Positions 34,480-47,915 of a stretch of 64,000 nt of DNA are shown here, in pieces. The stretch lies in the NCBI RefSeq assembly GCF_009914755.1, contig NC_060947.1; one strand, 5' to 3'. The first letter of the stretch is position 1. Every line of letters begins with the position of its first letter. A model generated the notes under the pieces. The model made no database searches, had not been told where the DNA came from, and was given only the letters and a program-made list of their open reading frames with translations. The stretch is from the human T2T-CHM13v2.0 reference genome, Homo sapiens. The position numbers and the translations under genes were made by a program.

Positions 34480-35955
34480 AATATTAGTGTGTTGAAAAGA
34501 GCATCAAGGCAACACTTTTAAAATTTTAAGTAAAAGTATAGGAAAATGTATTTATGAGTTTGGAGTAGGGAAACCTTTTTTTTTGAGAGACAGGGTCTTG
34601 CTCTATCGCCCAGGCTGGAGTACAGTACCATGATCAGGACTCAGTGCAGCGTCAAACTCCTAGTCTTTAGTGATCCTCCTGCCTCAGCCTCCCTAGTACC
34701 TAGGACTACAGGCACATGCCATCTTTTTTTTTTTCTTAAGAAACAGGGTCTCACTGTGTTGCCTAAGCTGGTCTCAAACTCCTGGGCTCAAGTTATCCTC
34801 CCACCTTAGCCTCCCAAAGTGCTGGGATTTTAGGCATGAACCACTCACTGTACCCAGCAGGGAAATTCTTAAGATAAACTGAGGATCACTCATAAGAAGT
34901 TTATAAATTTGACACATTAAAATTATAAATTTCTGTTCATCAAAAAACATAATTAAAATGTGAAACAAAATCCAAAAACCAGAAGATATTTGTTACACAT
35001 ATGACTGATAAGGGATTGTTACCAAGAATATATAAAGAACTTCTCAAACCATTTTTTATAAAAGACACCCATTATAAAAATGATTTGAATAAGCAGTTCG
35101 TAGAAGAAGAAACATGAATGACTAATAAACATAAAAAGATTATCATTCTTACTAGTAATCTGGAAAATACAAGTTAATACCACCAAGTTAACATTTCATG
35201 CCTATCAAATTTGCAAAAAATCACCAAGTCTGACAGTTCCAATTTTGGCTAGAATGTAGAACGAGAGACATTTTCTACACTGCTGGTGGTAGTGTAAATA
35301 GTTACAACCACTTTGGAGAACAATATGGCAATAGCTATTAAAGTTGAAGATGTATGTAACTGATGAATGACCCAGGCACTTTTACTCCTAGGCGAATTCC
35401 TGGAGAGACTTTCTCATGATAAGTCAGGAGATATGCACATGAATATATTTTTAAAAGCACATTGTTTATAATATCAAGAAATTGGAAACAACTTAAATCC
35501 CCACGAGCAAGGGAATAAATAAATTATGGTATATTAAATATACAGTGAATACTATATACTAGAGGAAAATGAATGGACTAGAACTACATGAATAAATATA
35601 GATGAATATCACAAGCATAGTGCTGAGCAAAAAAAACAAGTGTAGAAGAATATGTATATAATGGAACAGTTTATATAAAGTTTTAAAATATCCTCAACAA
35701 TTCTATTGCTGTAATATATAATTATATAATATATAATTCTATGTAGTATACTTATAAGTATATATAGAAATATATAAAAATTATAAACAAATTCAAGATG
35801 GTATTTAATTGTTGGGCAAGAAAGGGCAAGGTGATCAGGGAAGAGGTACACAATAAAAATTCAACTATATTCGTAATGTTTTATTTCTTAAGTTGAGTAG
35901 TAGGAACATAAGTATTTATTGTATTATTCTTTGTGCCTTTTTATAACTTGTAAAC
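34480..35955 (+). mobile_element. L1ME-like ORF2 tail and 3'UTR
   Basis: AAATTTCTGTTCATCAAAA; CAACCACTTTGGAGAACA; TAATGTTTTATTTCTTAAGTTGAGT. Confidence 0.75.
34576..34858 (-). mobile_element. AluJ within L1ME
   Basis: GAGACAGGGTCTTGCTC...GGGCTCAAGTTATCCTCCCACCTTAGCCTCC. AGGGAAA flanks both sides. Confidence 0.92.
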
Positions 35956-35974
35956 ATTTTAAATGGTTTTTGAA

Positions 35975-36058
35975 GGTATTGGATTGGATTTAGAGTCAGA
36001 AGGAGACTCTAGCTTGCCACTAACCAACTGTATGTCCTTAGGCAAGTCACTTTTCCAG
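35975..36058 (+). mobile_element. MIR fragment
   Basis: TTAGAGTCAGA...GCCACTAACCAACTGTATGTCCTTAGGCAAGTCACTT. Confidence 0.7.
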
Positions 36059-36947
36059 AGAAAATTGGAACAGCTTTTATGACACCAGAAGTTGGACTTA
36101 TTTAAAATCATGGACAAACTGTAATATACACTTGTCAATGGCTGTCTGGCAGTGTCTGCACAGTTTTTCAGTTTCACCAAAATTTATTGAAGTCAAAAGA
36201 AAAATACGCATAAAGGCCACAAAACACTAAAGTAAAACTTACAATGTCAAAAACCTTGACCACATTGTGTGTACATTGTTTTGAGTTCATTATTCTATCC
36301 CTGGCTACCAAAATATAGACAGACAGGTGCTAGGCCTACATAGAAGGTTCTACATGATTTGGAACCAGCCACCTGTACTTAAAGAACTGAACCAAGCAAA
36401 CTTAAGTGATCACAGGGAAGATTCTGTAGTTGCTAGGTTTTTTTTTCCCCCTCTTGGTATGTTAAGATTTATATGGGTGGCTGAAATAATTATGTACAGC
36501 TGATACAGATACTAAGATTTTTTAGATGTATCCATACCAACCCTTCTGTGAATATTCTCTGTATTAGAATGCATCTTGTCTTTTTAGCATTTGAAAAAGA
36601 TAATTCAGGGGTTGGTATTTTTTCAAAGCTTGCTTTAGAAAAATGGTTGACATAACATGCATGATACCTAACGTCACTCAGTTTTTTTGTTTTTTTTTTA
36701 AGACTTTAGTTTTGATTTTTTCATGAAATGTTGAAGATGTTTTAAGTGTGTAGTGAATAACTTTTAGTGTTTTTTAAAACTTAGGGTCTCTGATTAATAT
36801 TCAGTTTGTCCATAAATAGGCCTTATCAATCCATTCTATTACCCTTTACAAAAACCCTTTGTTTCATTTAAGTGGGTCTATCTCTCTATCCCTTATTTTA
36901 ATTCAAATATTCCATTGTGAAATTTTGCTTTCTTGGCAAATTCCAAC

Positions 36948-36985
36948 AATGCAAAAACTGCAGTTACTTTTGCTGTCGCCGTAAT
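36948..36985. mobile_element. Half MADE1 (Hsmar1 MITE) terminal repeat
   Basis: AATGCAAAAACTGCAGTTACTTTTGC...TAAT compared with MADE1 AATGGCAAAAACCGCAATTACTTTTGCACCAACCTAAT (recalled). Confidence 0.65.
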
Positions 36986-37640
36986 GTATGGTGATCAGAT
37001 CAGGGTAACTAGCATATCTATCATCTCAAACATTTATTATTTCTTTGTTTTGGAAGCATTCAGTAGCCTCCCTTTAGCTATTTGAAACTATATATTATTG
37101 TTAACTATAGTCATCCTACATTGGTGTAGAATACTAGAACTTATTCTCCTATCTAGTTGTAATTTTGTATCCTTTTGCAAATTTCTCCATATCCCTCCCT
37201 TCCCCCTCCCCTTCCCAGCCTCTAGTATTCTTCTTTTCTACTTTCCACTTTTATGAGATCAACATTTTAAAGTTTCCACATATGAGTGAGAATATATGGT
37301 GTTTAATTTTCTGTTCCTTATTTCACTTAACATAATGTCCTCTAGTTCCATCCATGTTGCCACAAATGACAGGATTTTCATTCTTTTTTATGGATGAGTA
37401 GTATTCCATCGTGCATATTATACCAAATTTTCTTTATCCATTCATCTATTAATGGATACTTAGGTTCCTTCCAAATTTTGGCTATTGCAAATAGTGCTGC
37501 AGTAAACATGGGGGTGCAGATGTCTTTCTGATATAATGACTTCCTTTTCTTTGGATCAATTCCCGGTAGTGAGATTGCTAGATCATATGGTAGTTCTATT
37601 TTTAATTTTTTGAGAAATCTTCATATTGTTCTTCATAGTG
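36986..37640 (-). mobile_element. L1MA4/5-like 3' fragment lacking its poly(A) end
   Basis: GATCAGATCAGGGTAACTAGCATATCTATCATCTCAAACATTTATTATTTC...TAGATCATATGGTAGTTCTATTTTT. Confidence 0.85.
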
Positions 37641-38334
37641 TCTATTGCTCTCAATTGCCACTATGCTAATTTATATTTGAGAAAGAATGTGATTCACTTT
37701 CTAATATTTCTTCAATAGAAAGTAGATAAGATTTCTGATTGTTTCTTAACAATCTTCTCAAAAGATTGCAGAAATCACAGTTGGAAACAGAGATATTCAG
37801 TCTGCTAAGATGGCTGAGGTTATACTTTAATCATTGTTTATACATCTATGAAATATTATTATAGGAGGATGTCAACTACCAGTTTTCCTTCTCTTGTGAA
37901 GACAAAGCTAAAAGAAACAGGTTTAAACTATATTGGTAGTGTTAGGTTACATATAACAAAGAAATGCTCAATAATGAGGTTTGTTAGATACTAGATTAGT
38001 CAACAAAAAAAGATAGCTGAATTTCACTCATGGGAAAATCCTTATGAAATAGGATAGATAATCATCTAACATGATCGGCTAGTGGGAATGATCTTCATGT
38101 AACTAAATGGCCTCTTAGGACTCCTTCCAAACTCTGAATTCTGTGAAAATAATGTAATTAAAACCTGTTTCCAAAATAAATATATAGTTATTAATACTAC
38201 ATAGAATTGTTTAATAAGTTTACAATAAATGTCTACCACATTGGCAAACAAATCTAGAATACCCTGGAGCCATGTTATAACATTGTCATAGAATCTTTGT
38301 TATTGGTATTGTTATTGTTGTTTAAGTTGGAACA

Positions 38335-38452
38335 TTAATAGATGAGGAAACTGAGGATCAGAGGTTAAGGGACTTGCCCAAGGTCATAAAGTAGCACTTT
38401 CAGGACTAAAACCTAGCTTTGTATTTCTACTTCTGGTTCAAAGCTTTCCATC
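38335..38452 (-). mobile_element. MIR fragment
   Basis: AGATGAGGAAACTGAGGATCAGAGGTTAAGGGACTTGCCCAAGGTCA. Confidence 0.85.
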
Positions 38453-39329
38453 TCATCACCCTCCTGACCTTGGGCTTCCTGTTCTGGGAGTGCTTAGAGG
38501 TGAGGCTGAGATATGTCCTGGAGAAACTTACTTAATGTCAATTATGTTCTGTATCAAATAGAACTACAAGAAATCTAGGAGAAGCTTCAGCAACCTTGAA
38601 ATTAAGGAACACTGGTTTTCTCTGCCTCTGGAGGGGCCAGAGTAGTTATATATAGTCAGTCTCCTTCACTACATTCAAAGGAACCATATCTGCCTTTGCT
38701 CATTGCTGAAACTATAGTTCTTGACACAAAGGTACGAAAATATCTGTTAAATGAGTGAATGGATATAAATGAAATTAACTTTCTTTATTTTATAATCAGA
38801 CATAAATTTTGTACTAGGCCACTGGCTATTTGTAAAGCTGGGTATATCCTCTCTTTTATTTTTCAAAAGGCCTCTCCAAGATATATCTTTTTTAGTTTTA
38901 TTTTTTTACCTCCTCTGCTTAGGAAAGTAAGACAAAACTAAACTTAAAAAACAAGTTTCACTTTTTCCCAGGTAGGAGCTTCCATGTTGGTTTGCCTCTT
39001 GTGGTAGAGTCAAATTTACTGCAGCAATTAACAACATGTTGTGCTATTAAATCACCACCAACACAAAATGCTTTAATTAAGCAACCATGTGCCCAAGATG
39101 CTGATTGAAATTAAGCAGCTGTGGTTCCTGCTTGTAGTCTAACTCAGACAATACTGATCAGGACATGCTGTATGTGTAAAAGGACCCAAAACTTGAACAA
39201 ATGACAAATAGTAAATTATTTACATACATGAATTTGAGTTGGTATATAATACACTCTGATATAGGAAGATCCAGTATACAAGATTTTGAATTTTAAGATG
39301 AACTAACTGAGATTTAGGTTATAGCATGT

Positions 39330-39700
39330 CTGCCATTTATTTACTACCTACTATGTGCAAGACATTATGCTGGGGGCTCTCTATACTTACTTTCTGAATT
39401 TTCACAAAAACCCTGTGTGATTGGCATTATCCTCCGTATACAGACAAACAGGCATGGAGAAGTTAAGTAATTACTCATTGCCACTTTGTAAATAAGGCGG
39501 AATTCAAGGCCAGGTTACCTGAATTGATAATCTATTATATTTCTATTGTACCATCCTACCTTTTCCAGTGTAATGAAAGGAATACTGGATAAGTAATCAA
39601 GATATCTGAATTTTAGACTTTGTTCTGTCTTGGGAAAGTCAACTAATAACTCTGACTTTAGATTTTCTTTTTTATATAATGGGGAAAGATCATTTATTGT
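39330..39700. mobile_element. Two MIRs (minus ~39330-39560, plus ~39575-39700)
   Basis: CCATTTATTTACTACCTACTATGTGC...GAGAAGTTAAGTAATT, then CTTGGGAAAGTCAACTAA...ATAATGGGG. Confidence 0.6.
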
Positions 39701-39829
39701 CTATGTTAGGGCATGCCTGTGGTGACAGTACTTCCTATATGAATAGTCTCGACTTGTTCTACCAATAGAAGAGAGTATTTAATATTGGGATTATCAACAT
39801 ATCTGAAACTCTTTTGTATTTAGTTGGCA

Positions 39830-40345
39830 GTACATATTTATCTAACAAAAATTTGTTGGGTACTTAAAATATGGAAGGCACTGTGCTATGTGATAGAGAT
39901 ACACTGATGTGGGGAAACAAAAAGACAATGTACCCCACCTTCATGGAGCATACAATAATTTAGTGGGAGACACAGACATTAAAAACCTACCAATAAATGT
40001 AAAAATTACAAATGGGTTACATGCTACAAAAGAGAAGAATGTGATTCCATGAAAACATGATATCGTACCTTGACTCACATGACAATGAAGAGGGCTTAGA
40101 CTGAGATCTGAAGGAGGAGTAGGAGTTATCTAGACAGATGGTAGGGGGTAAGAGAGTTCCAAGCAGAGGAAATGGCATGTGCAAGGTCCTATGGTAGCAA
40201 GGAGCATAGAGAGTTTCAACAAATGAAGAGTCAAGTATAGCTGGAACATAGAAAGAAATAGGGAGACAGTAGAGCAAGAAGAGGCTTGAGGGTAGGTAGA
40301 GTCTAAACTATGCCAGGGCTCATAGGCCATGTTAAGATCTTAGTT
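39830..40345 (-). mobile_element. L2 3' fragment
   Basis: AGGCACTGTGCTA...CCTTCATGGAGC...CTGAGATCTGAAGGA...GTTCCAAGCAGAGGAAATGGCATGTGCAAGG. Confidence 0.85.
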
Positions 40346-41224
40346 AAGCTCTGGTTAAGTTTAGCTTACTTTGGACTTTATGAAAAAGAAATGACTCGAT
40401 TTTTTATTGTATACTTATGTTTACCCAGTGATTTTACAAAGAAATTTTCTAGTTATATACCATCCACATTTTAAGCAGTTAAAAAGAGTAAACATAGTTG
40501 GAAATGCGACTTAGAAATGAATGACATATATTTATGAATGGAAACTAGGAAGAAAATTCTATAGATGAGAATTAAAATCTGTGACACATAGTATCTTAAG
40601 AGGATTCAATTCACTAAGTAGGCAAAATTTTAAATGTAACATGTATTTTTTGGACAGCTATTATAAAAGATACTGCTAAATAAGAAAAATAATGCCATAT
40701 CTGGGTAAGAGCTATTGCTGGTAAAAGTGAGAGAAAGAAGAAAATGGTTGTGTGCTAGTGTAGTCTGGGACAACATGATGAAGATGATTATAGTTGAATT
40801 TACCCCTGGATACTGGATATGGACTACAGGAGGAGGGCACACTAGATACCTCTATTGTGTCTCAAAAACACAAATAATAATTTTAGATTTTGGAGAGTAA
40901 GAAGGAGGAAATAGATTTCTTAGCCTTTGCCTCTTTTACCACAGTTTTTTCATCCAGAGTAATCTAAAGACAAGTTGGGGAGTTATTTCCTAGACCACAT
41001 CCTGTGTGTGTCTACCTACCAATCACTTCTAATGCCATAGACTTTCAATTTACAACAGCATCTTAGAGATCATCTGGTCTACTTCCTTTATTTAATAAAT
41101 TAGGAAACAGGCTCCTGTCAGGCATTGAGTCAGAGTTATCAGTGTCCACCCATCTGATCGCTAACAGAATATTTGGAGAGATATCATTTAAAGAGAGAAG
41201 CAGGGACAGAAAATGACCTTAGTG

Positions 41225-41420
41225 TGTCAGTATAAAGAATACAAACTTTGGAATCAGAATGCCTATCTTCACAGTTCTGGTACTGCCAGGGACCTTGAAT
41301 AAATTACTTAGTATCTCTGAACTTAAATTTCCTCAAGTGTAAAATAGGGCTAAGAAAAGTACTTCCTTTACAAGTGGGCATAAGGAATAAATGTGATTAT
41401 GAGTAAAAGTGTTTTGTAGT
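41225..41420 (+). mobile_element. MIR
   Basis: CTTTGGAATCAGA...GACCTTGAATAAATTACTT...TTTCCTCAAGTGTAAAATAGGG. Confidence 0.75.
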
Positions 41421-41624
41421 CAAAATGTAAATTATGAAACCTTACGTAAATATAAATTTCTGTGCTGACAGAATACACCAAACCAAATTGTACAGCCAAT
41501 GACAGCAACTGTACTGAATAGTGTTGTGTTTTGGCTTCCTCTTTTTTCTTCTCCCTATTTTGTTAATCTTATTGTTTTTATTGTTTGTATATTATATGTT
41601 TATTGTATGTATATTATAAATTTA

Positions 41625-41975
41625 TTGTATTCATCTATTACTGGGAAAGGATACAAATTACAACTAGCCAAAAGAATAGTCCCATATGGCAGAGTTCAGG
41701 AAGGTTCCAATCATGAAGCTTCCATTATCCTCAGGACATGTTACCCTCCTAGCATCAATATGTATCAGTACACATGGAGTATTGCCAACTTAGGAAGCTC
41801 ACCTAAGCTTTAGTGTTCAGACTTTTTGTTGAAGATTAATTACATAGGCATGATTGATTCATTTATTGCCCATGTGGTTGAACTCAGTGTTTAGGTCAAC
41901 TGATACTGCATGACTCAAAGCCTCCAACCTAAGTCACATAGTTGATCTTTCTGATGTGGCCAGCTCCCACCTAAA
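41625..41975 (-). mobile_element. MER21-like LTR fragment
   Basis: AAAGGATACAAAT...GAGTATTGCCAAC..AGGAAGCTCACCTAAGC...ATTACATAGGCATGATTGATT resembles MER21 as I recall it. Confidence 0.65.
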
Positions 41976-42560
41976 GACTCTCAGGTTTGTAATGTCATAA
42001 CTGTGCTCCTGAAAGAAGTTGGATGTGGTTAAGATCTTGCTGGTAAATGTCTTCGATGATAGTGCCGTTGAGGTACCCCATGAGTAGCAAGATAAGGTAT
42101 GTTTTATTCCTTTCAAGGTGAAGACAAACTGCAACTGAGAGGCTATTCAAATAGACACTAAATATTAACAAAAATCTATAAAAGCAAAATAATTTTTCAA
42201 TAGTTAATTGAGTGGAGTCAATATTATTGGCTATGGGCCTTAATCAGTAGTATCATGGCATTAAGGTTGCAGTAGCCCACTGTTAAGTGCCATTCATTTT
42301 CATTAGGTTTGGGCATTAGCCATATTGGGCTCATCAAGAAGGCAGCAGGAATAATAGCTGCTTCTTTTAGTAGGTCTTGTATAATGGGTCTTATTTCTTG
42401 TACGCCTTGTTTCTATCTATATTGGGCCACATTTACTATTTTAACCTGATGGTGGTGGTGGGGAGGTCCATGGGGTACCATTTGTCAAGCTTATTTTAAG
42501 TGCCAAATACTTAATATTGTTTAAATTTGTTACTCTTTGGGTCAGAGCATCAATGCTCAC

Positions 42561-42908
42561 TGTATTAGTCTGTTCTCACACTGCTATAAGCTACCCAAAA
42601 CTGGTAATTTATGGAAAAAAAGAGGTTTAATTGATGCACAGTTCCACCGGGTGCACAGGAAGAATGTCTGGGAGGCTTCAGAAAACTAACAATCGTGGCA
42701 GAAGGCGAAAGGGGAAGAGAGAGAGCAAAGAGGGAAGTGCTACACACTTTTAAACAACGAGATCTCATGAGAACTCACTATCATGAGGACAGCAAGGGGG
42801 AAATCCACTGCTGTGATCCAGTCACTTCCCACTGAGTCCCTCCCTCCAACATAGGGAATTACAATTCGACATGAGATTTGGGTGGGGACACAGAGCCAAA
42901 CCATATCA
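42561..42908 (-). mobile_element. MSTA solo LTR
   Basis: TGTATTAGTCTGTTCTCAC...CAGAGCCAAACCATATCA. TSD CTCAC/CTTAC. Confidence 0.95.
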
Positions 42909-43027
42909 CTTACACTGGGATATTTTAGGTCAATGAGCACTATGACCCTGAGGAATTTAGGCAAGGTAAATGTTAAGGTGAGGCATACCTGTTTGTCCTC
43001 TATTTTATATTTGGCAACTCCCCGAAT

Positions 43028-43113
43028 AGTATAAGAAGTACTTTGTTTAAAAATTTAATGTGATCTCCTAACAGTATAAGAGGTACTTTGTTTAAAAATT
43101 TAGTGTGATCTCC
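43028..43113. repeat. Tandem duplication, 41-bp unit, 45-bp period
   Basis: AGTATAAGA(A/G)GTACTTTGTTTAAAAATTTA(A/G)TGTGATCTCC at 43028-43068 and 43073-43113. Confidence 0.95.
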
Positions 43114-43367
43114 AGATACAACTGTAACTGGAGTCCCAGAATTGATTAAGACCCTGAAGATTTGCCATTTGGTGCATCTTGGTAGATGTTAAAATTAATA
43201 AATTAATTTAGAACTGAGGTTGTAGAGGCACAAAAGCTAATTAAAGCCCTTTTTACCTTTCTTTTGCATAGATTGTTTTAGTAAATGTTGGATTTCCAAT
43301 TGGGTAAAAAAAATCATAAGCCTCTGCTTTAGTTATTGTTTCCTCCTCCATATCAAGATTTCTTGTT

Positions 43368-43776
<409 letters not shown>

Positions 43777-43832
43777 TCAGTATCATCAGGGTTAAGGGCC
43801 TCCCTGCGGTGATTGTTGCTCTATTGGGTTTA

Positions 43833-44144
<312 letters not shown>

Positions 44145-44987
44145 AGAAACCTGGGCTTCGGTGAGATTTAATTTAATCCTTTGGCATGTTGACAAGTCAC
44201 AGCCCTCAATTGAACCCAGAGTTTTTGTTGGTCATTTTTATAGTTGTCCATTAGGGTGATAGTTTCCTCTGGACATTTAAAAGGAGTAAGGGTAAAACAT
44301 TTGGGGCTGTCTTCTATAAGGGCTTGTGCCACTGGATAACATGGGCATCTTTTTATAGCCTTGAGGACCAGAATCTGTTTGGATGGCATACGCAGTAGCA
44401 GCAGTAGCAAAGGCATCATACAGTCCTAGTTAGCCATCTGATTTTTGGAGTGTAGACTTCAACATGCCACATGGTGACTACTCTGCTTCATATAATCAAC
44501 TAACCAATGGGCCCATATATAGTACAAGATGTAGACTTTCCCCTGAGCACTCTATAAAATGGGGACCAAGGCCTCATTAAGGCATACAACCAATGGTCAT
44601 AGAGTAAAAGTCCTCTGCCTGAGCCTAGCATCAATCATGCCTTATTCTAGAATTGAGACACATGATTCAAACTGAAACACTCATAAAGGCCTGGGCCAAT
44701 ATGCGTGACCCAGGGCTACTCTAAGTAGGGCCCCAATACCATATTCCTATCCCTAAATGTAAATCACTGAAACTTATTAATTAGGTAGATTAAATCTATA
44801 ACAGAGTCTTGGTAGGAGTTGGCATATGCAGTACAGCACAGCACAACTCATAGTGCAGGCTGACCAGCAGGCAGCAGCACATTTCAAAGTGTACCCTGGC
44901 CAGTTAGCAAGCCAAAAGCAAGAGAAGAAAGACCCCTAGGTAGTGATGGTTATTGCCCTAACATCCTCCTCACGGTGCCAATTTTCT

Positions 44988-45385
44988 TGTGGTTGCCCTG
45001 CAAGAGGGGATAATTCCCCTCACCCAAAATGTGGTTTGGATGTCAAGACCAATGATGCCACACATGCAGTAAAAAAGGCATGAGAAGGTTTATTACAGAC
45101 ATAATGAGGTTTTCTGGAGAGAGCAGGGATGGCTCCCAAGCCAATCTGAAATGGCTTCAGTGAAGAGAATGGCAAGTATCTTTGGTTTTTATTGTGGTTA
45201 GGTGGTGGGGCCAAGGTGAGGTTTCCTGTGCTGGTTGTGCCTTGTGTGGTTTGAACTTTGAGGCTTGCACCATGGGAAAGAGTTACCAGGCCCTCTTATC
45301 ACCTTGTCCTGATGTGGGACAAAAAGGGGAAGGGACAGGAGTGGGGCTTGAAAGCTGTCACCAATTATACAACAAAAATATACTC
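44988..45385 (-). mobile_element. 5' LTR of the ERVL-class provirus (MER76-like)
   Basis: Adjacent to the PBS-like sequence; minus strand ends in CA and has AATAAA near 45090. Family assignment from memory. Confidence 0.6.
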
Positions 45386-45859
45386 AGGCTCTTTATTATA
45401 ATTTTCATCTCTAAAAATAAATTCCAGTGCCACCAGTAAAAGGAAAAGTAGAAGCTTACCAGCTAAACAAGATGGCTAAAATGAAAACATGTTCAGTTTC
45501 TTTTAAAAAGCTACTAGTGTTTTTTAAAATATCGATGTTAGTAATCTCAGATTTATTCTTCTTAAATTTATCAGCCTTCTTTTTGATGCTGTACTGAAAA
45601 TTAAGATGTAGTAGTGATATCCACTCTCTTCCACTATGTAATTCTATTTTTAGAAGTCCTATGTAGCTTTAATGCTATGCTTTATTTTGAAAATATAGTT
45701 TTATTTATAAAGATTTCTTATCTGTCTTTGGATAAAACCAAATATTGCCTCACAGAAGCTGAGACCTCTGGTCTGCATCAGTGCACTTGTATTCTGTACC
45801 ACAAACTAATTGTGCTTCTTGGAAAAATCATTTGTTCTGTGCATTAGATTCTTCATCTG

Positions 45860-46060
45860 TAAATTTGTTCATCCAATGTCTGCTTTCTATGAGATAGACT
45901 TTGAATGAGGTGTTGAGGGTACAGAACTGAATAAGGCATGGTCCTTGCTCTTAAAGAGCTCACAGTCTGGTGGGGGACATAAATGTCTGCAATTACAATA
46001 TGATACAGTAATTGTCATGATAGAAGTCTGCAGGTGGTCCTGGGAATAATAGTGATATGG
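45860..46060 (-). mobile_element. L2 fragment
   Basis: GAATAAGGCATGGTCCTTGCTCTTAAAGAGCTCACAGTCTGGTGGGGGACA. Confidence 0.7.
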
Positions 46061-46519
46061 ATAATACCTTTACTAGGTATTCTTCACTAGGAGGGGAATA
46101 AATGGAGAACAACCATGTTAAAGTACTTTGAGATGTATAATGTGAAACAAAATCACAAATAGATACCCAACTTCATTTCATCTAATTTATTCATTTTGAG
46201 CTTAAGTACTTAGAGCTTTTGGTACTCTTGAAATGTATTTTTGGAATTTTGGAATTACTGTGGGACTGTATTTGATGCGTTTCTAATTAAGATTTATTTT
46301 TAGTTTTTGATGGTCATATTCTCCAGATGATGAAACTGTGTGTTCTTCTTACCACCATGGTTGAGTGCAGCTGGGGCAAATGACACAACTGGCAGACTGC
46401 TAATACTATAAAATTATGGTTTCTAAAGACCTCAGTTGGGCCCGCAGAGCACCATTCAGTAATCCTTTTATGTGTTCTTAATTATTCCCCTCTCCTGTTG
46501 ACAGGGGCTACTACCATTG

Positions 46520-47012
46520 CAAACCTTGACTACCTTTCTCATGAGCACTGCTCCACACATTCTCCTCAATATGAGCCTTGCCAGCCAGTCTTACCAGTCT
46601 TACCTTCTGTCATTCTCTTAAGACACAGTTATACTGCATTTCTACCTAACTATTGAGTGAGTCATGCTGCTTTAGGTCTCTGTACCTTTGTACATTCTAT
46701 TCCTCTGATGGGAATCCATCACCCCACACCAACCTTAACCAGCTTCTATTTTTTTCAAGACTCAGCTCACATATCTCCACTCTCTGAGGCCTTCTTTGGC
46801 AGCCCAAGCATAGTTAGCCACTCCTTCATTTGCATCACCACTAGACATAGTATTTTCTGCTGTTATAGAATGTAGCATACTCTATTATACTTGTTTACTT
46901 TCTTAATTTTCTCCTCTAATAAACTGTCAAGTCCTCAAGAACAGGGACTATCTATCTTCGGTCTCCAGCACCTAGTATAATGTTGGCACAAACATAAATA
47001 TTTATTGAGAGA
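46520..47012 (+). mobile_element. L2 3' end
   Basis: TTCAAGACTCAGCTCA...CTCAAGAACAGGGACT...CCAGCACCTAGTATAATG...ATAAATATTTATTGA. Confidence 0.75.
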
Positions 47013-47212
47013 GGAAAGGTAAGGAAACAACATAAATATTAGACATATACAGCTTCTTTCAGAAAGCAAAACCACTGTTTTATTAATTTCAATCTTTTAA
47101 GCTAATTTGCAGTGGCATACCCCAGTTTCCTTTTTCTCTCAACCTTTAGGAAAATTTCTTTCAATTTAATAGAAAGATGCTGCATTTAAAAAAAAAAAAA
47201 CTCCAACAAAGA

Positions 47213-47268
47213 CAGCTGTCTGACAGCTGTAGACCATCTGTGCTTTCAGTCCTGGGTAAAAACATCTG
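47213..47268. promoter_or_regulatory. Candidate bHLH E-box cluster
   Basis: CAGCTG (47213), CAGCTG (47224), CATCTG (47235), CATCTG (47263). Function not shown. Confidence 0.35.
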
Positions 47269-47915
47269 GCTACTTGAGAATAGAAGCTCTGTAGTAAAGC
47301 AGTTTCCTAGACTGATGGTGATTAGTATTCTACAAATATGCCTTGCATTGTCCCACTTTGACATGATATAATGTACACAACTTGTCCCTCTAAATTATGA
47401 AGTTTCTTTTTGCTTGTATACCTCAACGAAGGTTAACAAACAACAAAAACAAAAAATGAAGTGTTATCATGTTGCTACATTTTGGCCATGAAAACTGCTT
47501 TTGTCATAAAAGACAACATCACAAAAAGTAAGTGATGAATCCAGAGGAGTGTGCATATGTACCCATACATTTATGTTGTTAGGCAACCGTCTATACCACA
47601 TATGAATTTCTCCTCAAACAAAATATTCAGACTAAATGCCAAACATCCTTTTCTATGTTTCCCAGATTTGGAACTACCTCAGGGACTATTTCCATTTAAA
47701 AAGCCATGGAAGAAATAAAGTATAAAAGACCTGGTTCCATGTATCAAAATACCTGCAGTTCTGTCTAGCTATATTTAACCCTCCTTGATCAACTAATAAG
47801 TTTCCTCTTACTTATTTGTACAGAATTCTGAAAAATATCATATCAATTACATGAGTAGCATCATATGCACACATTCTATTTCAAATGTTCAGTCTTTAAT
47901 AAAGCTGTGAGTAGC

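Noticed and set aside
43028-43113. CRISPR-like repeat array
   Set aside because: Only two near-adjacent copies with a 4-bp gap, no spacers and no cas genes, in primate DNA.
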